Counted from the first letter of the stretch, positions 21,047 through 29,903 are shown. The stretch is DNA of 64,000 nt from an uncultured Coprobacillus sp. (GCA_964385755.1 CAYLPZ010000003.1:65052-129051); one strand, 5' to 3'. Program-made: numbers and translations. Notes: a model not told the origin generated them from the sequence alone.

Positions 21047-21571
21047 TTATCTAAATGGGTAATTTAAATATGTAAAGAGCATAGCTAGAAATAAAAACAA
21101 AAAGGCTAAAGTATTAATACTTAATTTAAGTAGAGTAGTTTTAATATCTTTTCTTCTTCTAACATACATAACCATCAATAAAACAACAAATAATGATACT
21201 GAAATAGCAAAGAAAATGGTAGCAAAAGTTGTAGTTAATCCCTTATTGAAAGGTATTAAATCTGTCATATAGTTTGCATACCATATTCCTATAATCATAA
21301 ATAATATTCCGACAGGAATGGCAATTAACATTTGTTTTTCAAACCAAGTAACGCTAATATCCTTCTTCACATCTAAATATTTATTAACATTTTTTAATCC
21401 ACTAGATAATGCACAAAGTACAACACCAAAAACAAAAAATGCATTCTTAATCATAATCATTGCAAACGCTGCAGCAAGAACATAAAAAAATAATGGCAAG
21501 AAATTTAAATAAACTAGATATGCTGGCATTTGTATGTTTTTATTTTTTTTGTTTCTATTTCCCATAATCAA
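21047..21571 (-). CDS. small membrane protein (4-5 TM), unknown function
   Basis: Hydrophobic helices. It overlaps or abuts the next ORF, so it is probably co-transcribed with the arc genes. Confidence 0.4.
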   Translation of the reverse strand: MIMGNRNKKNKNIQMPAYLVYLNFLPLFFYVLAAAFAMIMIKNAFFVFGVVLCALSSGLKNVNKYLDVKKDISVTWFEKQMLIAIPVGILFMIIGIWYANYMTDLIPFNKGLTTTFATIFFAISVSLFVVLLMVMYVRRRKDIKTTLLKLSINTLAFLFLFLAMLFTYLNYPFR

Positions 21572-21661
21572 ACCTCTTATAATGTTTCTTTTTTACTATT
21601 ATACACAAAATCATCAAAAAATTAAACTATTTATTGCTTTTTATATTTTTATAAATATTAA

Positions 21662-21700
21662 AATGGTGAACCTCAAAGGAATTCACCACTTGTTTTTTTC
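21662..21700. terminator. bidirectional hairpin terminator (TGGTGAA-n11-TTCACCA, T-runs on both sides)
   Basis: Read directly from the sequence, downstream of the rhodanese gene on the minus strand. Confidence 0.5.
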
Positions 21701-21740
21701 TTTGAATATAATTTATCATTAATACATAGAAAACAATTAT

Positions 21741-22145
21741 CTATTTACCATATTCAAGTTTGCCATTATAATCGAGAATTCCACCAATCTCAATTATATT
21801 TGTATATCCAAGTTTTACAAGTTTACTAGATGCTTGTTTGCTGCGAGAACCACTACGACAATATACATAAATATTTTGTCTTTTATTTGGTAATAATGAA
21901 ATCTCAAAAGTTCCAATTGTTTCATTTGGAATGTTTATAGCACCAGGGATATGTCCTGCGATAAACTCATCTTCCCTGCGAACATCTACCAAAATGTATC
22001 CTTTATCTTCTTGCATTCTTGCAAGAGCTTCAGACATAGAAATAGATTCATATGTGTTCTGATTTTTATCAGAATCTGGTTTTCTACATCCTAACCCAAA
22101 AAGCAACAAAAATAATATTAATGGTAATAATTTTATTGGCATCAT
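21741..22145 (-). CDS. rhodanese-domain sulfurtransferase lipoprotein
   Basis: Lipobox LFGLGC. The rhodanese active-site loop is YCRSGSRS, and the flanking motif ILVDVRREDEFIAGHIPGAINIP is present. Confidence 0.75.
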   Translation of the reverse strand: MMPIKLLPLILFLLLFGLGCRKPDSDKNQNTYESISMSEALARMQEDKGYILVDVRREDEFIAGHIPGAINIPNETIGTFEISLLPNKRQNIYVYCRSGSRSKQASSKLVKLGYTNIIEIGGILDYNGKLEYGK

Positions 22146-22172
22146 CTAACTCCTAAATTAATGCTAAAATAA

Positions 22173-22481
22173 TTATTTTAATAATTCCTCTAATATAGTT
22201 TTTGGCATAGCTCCTACTTTTTGTTTTACAATCTTTCTATCTTTTATTACTACAAACATAGGAATACTTGAAACTTGGAAATAACTAGCAAGCTCTGGTT
22301 CATCATCAACATTTACTTTTCCGATAATTGCTTTTCCTTGATATTCATTTGCAAGTTCCTCAACTACAGGTGACATCATACGGCATGGTCCACACCAAGG
22401 AGCCCAAAAGTCAATTAGAATTGGTAACTCGCTTTTTAAAGCTTCCTCAAAGTTTTCTTTTGTAATTTTTAGTTCAGACAT
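22173..22481 (-). CDS. trxA: thioredoxin
   Basis: WCGPC active site. The preferred start is MSELKIT at 22481 with RBS AAAGGAG. The track ORF begins upstream at 22568, and I consider that hydrophobic extension unlikely to be translated. Confidence 0.8.
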   Translation of the reverse strand: MSELKITKENFEEALKSELPILIDFWAPWCGPCRMMSPVVEELANEYQGKAIIGKVNVDDEPELASYFQVSSIPMFVVIKDRKIVKQKVGAMPKTILEELLK

Positions 22482-22810
22482 ATATTCCACTCCTTTATTA
22501 AATTTTTTTATCATCAAAATAAATCCTTTTATGAAAAGCATCACTATTATAATAAACATATAATACATTATTATAGATAATATATGATTCTTCTAGCTAT
22601 TCATGTAAAATAATAAGATACACCATTATTTTTATATCTTTATTATTATTATATTATTTATTACTATTTTTTTCAAGAATCGTGACATATATACAAATTA
22701 AAAAGTGGTGAAACAATTTTATATACAAACGAAGCACTATCAACAGGCTTTAATATTTTTCTTAGTACTGGTGGGAATGCTAAAATTCAGTCGTATTACT
22801 GAGATGTTTC

Positions 22811-23161
22811 TTATTCCACCGTGTTAATAACCAAAAACGGCTTACGCCCGAATTTGTCCACAAGGGGACGGTAGAAAATAATAAGCAACGTTACCGGATA
22901 GGAAATAAAACCTATGGCGGAAAAGAGCGATAATCCCTCGCCGTATTCCATACCCATATTTTTTACGAAGAATTCCGTAACTATATTCGCCTGAAACTGA
23001 ATGGATATAGTAGACGCTATTTCGTCCGTTATGAAGATGAGCGACAAAATCATAAACAAGTAAGTCAGATAAAACTTGTTGCTTCTTGCGCCCAACTGTT
23101 TTTCGCGGCGGATAAGTTCTTTGGCTTCGCGCGCCTGTAATCGTTCAACGTTTTTTGCCAA
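22811..23161 (-). pseudogene. N-terminal fragment of an MFS transporter, truncated at island boundary
   Basis: The 116-aa ORF ends with PLVDKFGRKPFLV, the MFS loop 2-3 signature. The reading frame stops exactly at the left compositional boundary. Confidence 0.45.
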
Positions 23162-23199
23162 GCGGTAAGCTTTCTCCCGCTTTTTGCTTTTTGTTTATC

Positions 23200-24258
23200 T
23201 TATTTGTGGCGCATACGATACTCAAATTCATCAACGCGTTCTCCCGTCTTTTTCATTTCGTCGAGAGTTTTACGTTGGTTTTCAAGATTGCGTTCATTCT
23301 GCTTTGCAAGTTCTGCGTTGTGTGAAGCCTGTTGCTTTGCTCTGAACTCAGCATCCTCGTGCATTTTCTTTGTTGTCCTGTTAAGGTCGTCGAGCTTTTG
23401 GTTTATTGAATTGCGTGTTTCAATATTTATCATATTTTGAATGTTGATCTGCTGCTGTGTTTTGTCAGCTATTATACATTCCTTAGCTATAGAGTTGAAA
23501 TCATCCTCAGAGGTGGCTGTCATTCCAAGCTTTATAAAATAGTCTTGCTGATCGTAAGGAGTGTTTTCAAAAAGAAATAATACTCGCTCTCCAACTATAG
23601 CCTTTGCCTCCTCGGCGACATCACTAAGTGTGCTATCCCTTCTGACCTCGGCATCAGCATATGCTTTCTCGAATGTTAACAACAGCTCAGAAAAGTAATT
23701 CTTTGTAATGCTCTGTGCCTTGGAAACAAGCGCAGAAAGCACAGCTTCGTCAGGCTTGTTCTTCTTAATAGCTATAATAACGTCAAGAAGTCCCAAACCT
23801 ATTCCGACCATGGTGATCTTCGGCATCGAGAGTGCCAATCCGGTGAATAACGCAGACGCTGCCAAAAGACCGAGCATTAAAACGCCAAAAAGTTTAAGAA
23901 AGCTTCCTGTAAGAGGCTTATTTACGCCCTTTTTAAGCTCATCCCTTACATTGCTCTGAATTTCGAGCAATTTAGACTCATACGCCGATGTTTCAGCGCG
24001 CATTTGTTCTGTATATTTAATATTTAACAAATCACATCCGTACTTAACGTTATCGCCAAGGCGGGATGCTTTGCCATCGTATTGATCCAATAGATATCTT
24101 ATTTGCTCGACTATATTGCGGTCGTTAAGCCCATCTGCGATCGCGCGCTTGCTTTTTAGACTTTCGATATATTGATACGCCTTGGTAAAAGAGCGCTCTA
24201 TATTTTTTTTGTCCTCACGGTACTTAGTGAGGTACTGCATAGCTTTGGCATAATTCAT
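23200..24258 (-). CDS. hypothetical protein with central pair of TM helices and coiled-coil C-terminus (island cargo)
   Basis: 352-aa ORF. Hydrophobic stretches LKLFGVLMLGLLAASALFTGLAL and ITMVGIGLGLLDVIIAI. The C-terminus is Gln/Glu/Lys-rich. Confidence 0.4.
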   Translation of the reverse strand: MNYAKAMQYLTKYREDKKNIERSFTKAYQYIESLKSKRAIADGLNDRNIVEQIRYLLDQYDGKASRLGDNVKYGCDLLNIKYTEQMRAETSAYESKLLEIQSNVRDELKKGVNKPLTGSFLKLFGVLMLGLLAASALFTGLALSMPKITMVGIGLGLLDVIIAIKKNKPDEAVLSALVSKAQSITKNYFSELLLTFEKAYADAEVRRDSTLSDVAEEAKAIVGERVLFLFENTPYDQQDYFIKLGMTATSEDDFNSIAKECIIADKTQQQINIQNMINIETRNSINQKLDDLNRTTKKMHEDAEFRAKQQASHNAELAKQNERNLENQRKTLDEMKKTGERVDEFEYRMRHK

Positions 24259-24501
24259 TTTATTTTCCTCCGAGTAATATATAGTTGTACCATAAGCATA
24301 CCACGCCTTTTGATAAAATGCAATATGATATACGAATAAATATACTGAAAATTTTATTTTGTAAAGGTAAAATGCCCTATCAGTTGGATAAGTGAAAATA
24401 TAAGAAACAAAAAAAGCCCGAACCTTTTTCCAATGGTAAAAAAGTTCAAGCCATTTGCGTTTGGTGACCCTGTGCCCAAGAAAGTCTAACCTATAAAATG
24501 G

Positions 24502-25350
24502 TTAAATATAATAAATAGTCAAATAGTAGTTATGCCAAAGCCCAAAAGCAAATTCGGTATAAGTCGAAGATGAGGTATTACCTAAATTTATCTCACTCAA
24601 CGACGGGCGCGTCAAATAATAAGATGCTGAATTATAATTTTGAAATATGTGCCACATTACCACCAATTTGCCTTTTCCCGTAGCAACGTGAGCTTTATAT
24701 TGATAAGCCGCCAACTGATTTTCGGTTATGCCTGTTGTGTAATACCTTTCAGCAGAATTTTCGCTATCAAAAAGATAAAAATACTCGCAATCGACAAAAT
24801 CGGAACTCAATAAATTTAAAAGAGCAGTATTGTTGTCAACAGTAATTTTTTCTTCGCTGACACTTTCAATATCCGTAAGCTCGATAACCTTATAAATTAC
24901 GCCGACTTCGGTATCAAACGCCCCTTTCTCGGTAGCGATAGCGGTTATTTTTTCGTTAAGTTTAGCGTTTGTAGAAAGTACATAACGATTATTATCGACA
25001 TTTATTCCGTTCAATGAAATGCCGTAAGAGTTTGCGCCTTGTCGTATCGTAAACGAAGTGTTGTTGCCAGGCGCAGGCGGTTCATTACCTAAATTAGTAA
25101 GTTTGGCGGTAAGTACCAAATTAACTATTTCGTCTATATTGCTCTTATCTTCAATAGTAAACTGAAAGCCGTCCTTTTTTCCGTTATCGAAATCCACGTC
25201 TATTTTATCGCCACCCGAAAGCATATCCGAATAAAATTCAATATCGCTTATTGCGTTTATTTGATTAGCCTTATCGGTACAGCCAGCAAACGCAAATAAT
25301 GCTATACAAGTAATAGCCGATAATAAAAACGCTATAACAGTTTTTTTCAT
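24502..25350 (-). CDS. lipoprotein of unknown function (island cargo)
   Basis: Signal plus lipobox (ALFAFAGCTDK). No recognisable domain. Confidence 0.4.
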   Translation of the reverse strand: MKKTVIAFLLSAITCIALFAFAGCTDKANQINAISDIEFYSDMLSGGDKIDVDFDNGKKDGFQFTIEDKSNIDEIVNLVLTAKLTNLGNEPPAPGNNTSFTIRQGANSYGISLNGINVDNNRYVLSTNAKLNEKITAIATEKGAFDTEVGVIYKVIELTDIESVSEEKITVDNNTALLNLLSSDFVDCEYFYLFDSENSAERYYTTGITENQLAAYQYKAHVATGKGKLVVMWHIFQNYNSASYYLTRPSLSEINLGNTSSSTYTEFAFGLWHNYYLTIYYI

Positions 25351-25365
25351 ATCATTACACCCTTA

Positions 25366-25402
25366 TTTAATTTTTCACTATTATATCTTTTTCACTATTA
25401 TA
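25366..25402. repeat. two tandem 17-bp direct repeats TTTTTCACTATTATATC (iteron-like)
   Basis: Exact repeat copies at 25366-25382 and 25386-25402. They sit in the intergenic region next to the origin-like hairpins and the Rep gene. Confidence 0.45.
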
Positions 25403-25470
25403 TCATACGCAAGTCTTTTTAGCAATAGCTTAAGTGGGATAAACACTTATTAAAATTAAAAGGGCAGTTA

Positions 25471-25525
25471 TGCGTGAGCTTGTCTTGACGAGCGCGCGAC
25501 TACGCCGCGCGGACAAGCTCACGCA
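25471..25525. promoter_or_regulatory. GC-rich nested stem-loop (14-bp perfect stem TGCGTGAGCTTGTC / GACAAGCTCACGCA enclosing a CGCGCG...CGCGCG sub-hairpin): candidate rolling-circle origin
   Basis: Read directly. A second nested hairpin AAGGGCG...CGCCCTT lies at ~25576-25616. The Rep gene is ~750 bp downstream. Confidence 0.4.
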
Positions 25526-25780
25526 ACAAAATAAATAAATCGACTAAATAAACGTATTTGAAAGCCGAGCGGAAGGGCGTTCGCCGCTGAACCGCTTGGC
25601 GATTCGCCCTTTCCTCTCGCTCTGCGGTGATTTCAAATAATATCGTTTTATTACAGCCGATTTGCTTTTCTTTTTGTTGGCGGTGGGGCTTTTCCGCTTA
25701 ATCGTCGCAGAGATTAACCCTAATTCCGCTCGCTTTGTTCATAACTGAAAAATTTTTTTAAAAAATATACAAACATTTGT

Positions 25781-25809
25781 TTGACTTTTAAAATTGTTGG
25801 TTATATAAT
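25781..25809 (+). promoter_or_regulatory. strong sigma-A-type promoter (-35 TTGACT, 17 nt, -10 TATAAT)
   Basis: TTGACT at 25781-25786 and TATAAT at 25804-25809. Confidence 0.5.
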
Positions 25810-25815
25810 AATCAA

Positions 25816-26104
25816 ACGCACAAAAAAGTGCGAGTGCAATTTAATATTGGAACTGCGTCAATAGGAAATCTATTGTGCAGCTAAAACAGCAGACCAGAGG
25901 TTAAGTTAAGGAGCAAAGTAGCGATTAAGCGAAAGCCGGTTCACCCCCAACAAAGAAAAGGTGCAGAGTTGCGTTTTGATAAGAGAGAAGATAGCACACT
26001 CTTATTCTATTAAGGGAATATAATATTCTCTTAATTTTAACGGGCGATGTACAAAGTTTTATGAGATTAAGTTCTCGTAAGATTTTGTACATCGCCCTTT
26101 TTTC
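25816..26104 (+). ncRNA. candidate ~290-nt non-coding RNA bounded by promoter and a strong intrinsic terminator
   Basis: No convincing ORF. The terminator at the end is GGGCGATGTACAAA-n28-TTTGTACATCGCCC followed by a T-run, and it sits upstream of the Rep gene. Confidence 0.3.
26042..26104 (+). terminator. intrinsic terminator (14-bp stem, long loop, T-run CTTTTTTCG)
   Basis: Read directly from the sequence. Confidence 0.55.
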
Positions 26105-26280
26105 GTGCAAATTTTCGAAACGGAGGACAGAAATTTGCAGGAAAACAAGACAAAAAAAGACATTGAGGTCAGGAGTATCGGAAAGCCGAACATTTCGGCA
26201 TTATCCGAGAGTGAACAGGCGGTATTCTACGCCACCCTATTAAAGCGAATAACGGAGCTTGTAAAAGGGGGTGATAGAAA

Positions 26281-27165
26281 ATGAACTTAATCGGCGCAAA
26301 GGTTTACTTTGACGGCAGACATTGGATAGCTATTCGCCATACCGAACGAAGTTCCAAACGGCGAAGAAAGAGCATTAAGGCGCAGGACGACCCCACGGTT
26401 GAACAGTTTGAAAAGTCGTTTAACAAGACAACAAAGGGTAGAAATTCGAAGAAAAAAGAAAGCCTTTTGAAAGAGTTTTTACCCCACTTTGACAGCGAAA
26501 GCGAAGCTACGGAATTTGTAGAAACGCAGTTTGAACGGCTTAACCGCAACCGCATTGAAAGATTTAAAAGGTTAAAGCGAAAGGCGTATTTACAGCAATG
26601 GCACTACTTTTGCACTTTTACCTATGCGGACGGCAAGCAGACCGAAGAGAGTTTCAGAAAGCAGTTAATGAACTGTTTATACCATTTGGCTACACGAAAG
26701 GGTTGGAGATATATCGGAGCTTGGGAACGTGGTGAAGATAACGGAAGATTACACTTTCACGCTTTGGTCTATATACCGCCCGACGGTATGGTTGGAGAGT
26801 TTGAAGAACGTAACGATTTCAGCTTTAAAGCTCATAAACGGCAGGTTACTAATCAAAATACGTTTTTCAACGAGCGGTTTGGGCGTAACGATTTCGACAA
26901 GATTTCACATCAAATCGAAGTCGAGAACAGCGTTTACTATATGCTCAAATACATAACCAAGAATGACGAAAAGGTCGTTTATTCAAGGGGGTTAAAGAGC
27001 TATATCGTAGCGGACATTTTGGAAGAAGATATACTCTGCCCTTATGGTGATGACGAGAATGAATACAAATTTATACTTTCAGACGATTTCACCTGCATTA
27101 CGGACGGCGAGATTTTGGGAAAGGTCAGTCCCGAAGTCATAGAAAAAATGCCGAAAAGTAACTGA
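26281..27165 (+). CDS. rep: rolling-circle replication initiator (HUH endonuclease superfamily Rep)
   Basis: Motif I FCTFTYAD, motif II HFHALVY (HUH) and motif III VYYMLKYITKN (YxxKYxxK, the two-tyrosine type seen in phiX174 gpA-like and plasmid Reps). The basic N-terminal region is preceded by RBS AAAGGGGGTG. Confidence 0.6.
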   Translation: MNLIGAKVYFDGRHWIAIRHTERSSKRRRKSIKAQDDPTVEQFEKSFNKTTKGRNSKKKESLLKEFLPHFDSESEATEFVETQFERLNRNRIERFKRLKRKAYLQQWHYFCTFTYADGKQTEESFRKQLMNCLYHLATRKGWRYIGAWERGEDNGRLHFHALVYIPPDGMVGEFEERNDFSFKAHKRQVTNQNTFFNERFGRNDFDKISHQIEVENSVYYMLKYITKNDEKVVYSRGLKSYIVADILEEDILCPYGDDENEYKFILSDDFTCITDGEILGKVSPEVIEKMPKSN

Positions 27166-27364
27166 CCAAGAGTTTTTGTCTATCGACTTGCAGAGCGTAA
27201 ACGAAAACCCACGCTGTTGCAAGGGTAAAATGCACTACTTTCGTAGCCCTTGCATCAGCGCAGGAATAAGCCATAAAAAACGCTAAACAATGGCTTTCCG
27301 TTTGTTCGCCCCTTGTCGAAAGACAAAAGTTAAAAATCTATTTTAAAAGGAGTTTAAATTAAGA

Positions 27365-28846
27365 ATGAAAAAAGCAGTTATATATGCAAGATACTCTTGC
27401 GATAAGCAAACCGAACAATCAATCGAGGGTCAGTTGAGAGTTTGTCAGGAATATGCCAAAAGGAATGATATTCTAATTCTTAACACCTACATTGACCAAG
27501 CTATGTCAGGTACGAATGACAATCGTCCTGATTTTAAGAAAATGATTAAAGACAGCGCAAAGCGTGAATGGGATTTCGTACTCGTTTACAAACTTGATAG
27601 GTTTTCAAGAAATAAGTACGAAGCTACAATTCACAAGAAAACGTTAAGAGATAACGGTGTTAAGGTTATATCCGCTATGGAGAACATACCAGACACCCCC
27701 GAAGGAATTATCCTTGAAAGCCTACTTGAAGGAATGAACCAATACTATTCCGCAGAGCTTTCTCAAAAGGTTAAGCGTGGTATGAAAGAAACAAGATTAA
27801 AAGGTTATTACCAAGGCGGTGGCGTTCCGTATGGATATAAAATAGACGGACGAAAGGTTGTAATTGACGAAGAAAGAGCCGAAGTTGTCAGATATATGTA
27901 CGACGAATTTTCAAAGGGCGTAATCGTCAAAGATATTGTTAAGGCTTTGACCGATATGGGTAAGACCTACCGTGGTAAGCCGTTTGCGATGAACACAGTT
28001 TACGGAATACTGCGCAACGAAAAGTACATAGGAGTTTATAGAATTAACGACGAAGTTATAACCAATATGTACCCCAAGATAGTTGACGAACCTATTTTCA
28101 ACCGAGTAATAGCCATATTAGAACGTAATAAACGTGGTAGTCGCAGTCAAGAAACCAATTACCTATTAAAGCACAAATTAAAGTGCGGTTATTGCGGTAA
28201 CAATATCAACGGTGAATATGCTAAATCTCATACAGGAGCGAGCTTTTACTACTATAAATGCCGTGGTCGTAAATCGAAGTTAGCGGACTGTAAAAAAGGT
28301 ACTATTCAAAAGGATTGCCTTGAAAATCTTGTAATCGGTAACACCATAAAAGAGTTAAGCGACCCTATGAATATGCAGACGATTATTAACGGTATTCTTG
28401 AAATGCAAAGGCGAAACCTAAAAGAAAATTCCAAGTTAGCAGAGCTTAAAAGGGAACAGCGAGAGATTGAGATTGCCATTGACAACACTATGAAAGCGAT
28501 AGCACAAGGAGTTATTACAAAATCTACGGGGCAGTACCTTAAAACCTATGAAGAAAGGCAAGAAGAAATTATTAAGCAGATTGCCATTGAGCAGAGTAAG
28601 GAAACGGTTTTATTGACCGAAAAGGAAATTAGAAAGTTTTATGAAGATGCTTTAAAACTTGAACCTCAAATGCTTATAAATTACCTTGTAAAAGAGATAG
28701 TGTTATACGATAACCGAGCAGACATTATCTACACAAGTCCATTAAAATCTACGGATAGTCCTGACGATAGTCAGGGCTTTTCTTTTTACTCTAAAACGGT
28801 TAGAATTAAGAATAGGTACTTTATTATAACGCTGTATATCAAATGA
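27365..28846 (+). CDS. large serine recombinase (resolvase catalytic domain + recombinase domain + zinc ribbon)
   Basis: The N-terminus AVIYARYSCDKQTEQSIEGQ carries the catalytic Ser. VYKLDRFSRN, the recombinase domain GVPYGYKIDGRKVV and the zinc ribbon CGYCGNNING...YYYKCRGRK are present. RBS AAAGGAG. Confidence 0.8.
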   Translation: MKKAVIYARYSCDKQTEQSIEGQLRVCQEYAKRNDILILNTYIDQAMSGTNDNRPDFKKMIKDSAKREWDFVLVYKLDRFSRNKYEATIHKKTLRDNGVKVISAMENIPDTPEGIILESLLEGMNQYYSAELSQKVKRGMKETRLKGYYQGGGVPYGYKIDGRKVVIDEERAEVVRYMYDEFSKGVIVKDIVKALTDMGKTYRGKPFAMNTVYGILRNEKYIGVYRINDEVITNMYPKIVDEPIFNRVIAILERNKRGSRSQETNYLLKHKLKCGYCGNNINGEYAKSHTGASFYYYKCRGRKSKLADCKKGTIQKDCLENLVIGNTIKELSDPMNMQTIINGILEMQRRNLKENSKLAELKREQREIEIAIDNTMKAIAQGVITKSTGQYLKTYEERQEEIIKQIAIEQSKETVLLTEKEIRKFYEDALKLEPQMLINYLVKEIVLYDNRADIIYTSPLKSTDSPDDSQGFSFYSKTVRIKNRYFIITLYIK

Positions 28847-28925
28847 TATACGGCAATTTATTCCACAGTGCTATTGACAAGAGCCTCCAAGGCGTGTGGT
28901 ATTCAGGCAAAGAGCCAAATACCCA

Positions 28926-28950
28926 AGCCCTTGGGGGCTTTTGATTTGCC
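28926..28950 (+). terminator. intrinsic terminator after recombinase gene (AAGCCC-ttgg-GGGCTT + TTTGATTT)
   Basis: Read directly. It is embedded in a larger imperfect inverted repeat. Confidence 0.45.
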
Positions 28951-29397
28951 GTTGGCTGATAGCCTACCACACGCCATTCTCTTATCAATAGCCTTTTGCG
29001 GCATAAAGTGCCGTAAATAGCAAGCCAAATATAAGCGTTTTAAGGCTTGATTTTTCAGGTTGAAGAAATATTGCAAGACATAAAGAAAAGCCGTACAGAG
29101 CTATTCTGCGCGAATTAAAGGAGCGAAAAACAAAAGCCGAACCTCTCATTTGTGAAAAGTTCGACTTTGTTAAGTGTTGGTGACCCGTACGGGAATCGAG
29201 ACGGTGAGCAATAAAAAAGAAGGATACCTTCGGACTGTTTAATTAGGGATTTTCTAAAAACAGTCTAAAAGTCGGCTCAGAACAAAAAAACCACATCCAA
29301 GAGTTTATAAGCTCAAGGGGGTGGCTTTTTGTTGCTCAAATAAGCAATAGATACAATTAATAGTTTAAAATATTAGTGTAAAATTGCTTAATTTGAG

Positions 29398-29601
29398 GTG
29401 AAAATTATGATTTATGGGTACACAAGAGTAAGTACTAGAAAACAAGTTGACGGTTACGGGTTAGAGGTACAAAAAAATGAAATTTTGAGCAAATATCCTA
29501 CTGCCACCATAATTGATGAACAATACACGGGTACTAAATTAGATAGACCCGTTTTTAACGCACTTTTAGAAGGCTTGCAGAAGATTATATTGATTATATG
29601 A
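29398..29601 (+). pseudogene. N-terminal 60-aa fragment of a small serine recombinase (resolvase/invertase), truncated
   Basis: MIYGYTRVSTRKQ...GLEVQKNEI...RPVFNALLEGLQK is the catalytic-Ser motif of resolvases. The frame then ends after IILII, where the 120-aa remainder is missing. Low-GC DNA. RBS GAGGTG. Confidence 0.5.
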
Positions 29602-29784
29602 TGGCCTACCTCCTTTTTCTAACTCTTTATCTGTAATAGATTTAAGAAAATCACATACACCAGACTTTTCTAACAATTCTAAAAATCTATTTATTTTTAA
29701 AACTTCTTTCTCTTTTATTACAAATGAGGGTATCAAAAAAATTTGTTTTGTGTTATAATATTTCATGTAGTAATAATGCGGCAC
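29566..29784 (-). pseudogene. N-terminal ~70-aa fragment of an IS1182/IS5-like transposase (DUF772 region), truncated
   Basis: LIPSFVIKEKEVLKINRFLELLEKSGVCDFLKSI...EKGGRPSYNQYNLL parallels the conserved IS1182-family N-terminus (...DHFVRFI..VD.LDL...GRPAY.P..LLK). It ends where it meets the resolvase fragment. Confidence 0.4.
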
Positions 29785-29849
29785 ATTATTATATCACAAA
29801 AACGCTCCGGGTTGGATTCCCCGAGCGTTTTAATTTTTTATATATAATA

Positions 29850-29872
29850 AATGGGCTATAATAGCCCATTTA
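29850..29872. terminator. perfect 11-bp palindromic hairpin AAATGGGCTAT-aat-ATAGCCCATTT + T-run; terminator downstream of recD
   Basis: Read directly. A second GC-rich hairpin AAAACGCTCCGGG...CCCGAGCGTTTT lies at 29795-29835. Confidence 0.5.
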
Positions 29873-29903
29873 ATTTTGAGGTTTTTTTACATCCTCCATA
29901 TTT

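Larger units (their letters stand above)
22790..29390. mobile_element. ~6.6 kb GC-atypical (approx 42-48 % GC vs ~28 %) horizontally acquired segment: decayed integrated rolling-circle replicon / small integrative element (HUH Rep + large serine recombinase)
   Basis: There is an abrupt compositional change at ~22790-22810 and ~29340-29390. The cargo comprises a truncated MFS gene, two unknown ORFs, an origin-like repeat/hairpin region, a Rep gene and a large serine recombinase at the right end. The boundaries are approximate. Confidence 0.6.

Noticed and set aside
22570-22810. tRNA or tmRNA integration target at the left island boundary
   Set aside because: No tRNA-like sequence was seen. 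The boundary instead truncates an MFS gene.
25925-26243. Small ORFs 25925..26110 (-) and 26061..26243 (+)
   Set aside because: Arg/Lys-rich, overlap the strong terminator hairpin, no RBS. The region is more plausibly non-coding RNA.
26304-26956. ORFs 26304..26555 (-) and 26729..26956 (+) inside rep
   Set aside because: Antisense or alternate frame within the Rep gene.
29566-29784. Interpretation of the minus-strand fragment as the HTH (GGRP) C-terminus of the resolvase
   Set aside because: Wrong strand and wrong order of elements. The sequence instead matches the IS1182-family transposase N-terminus.
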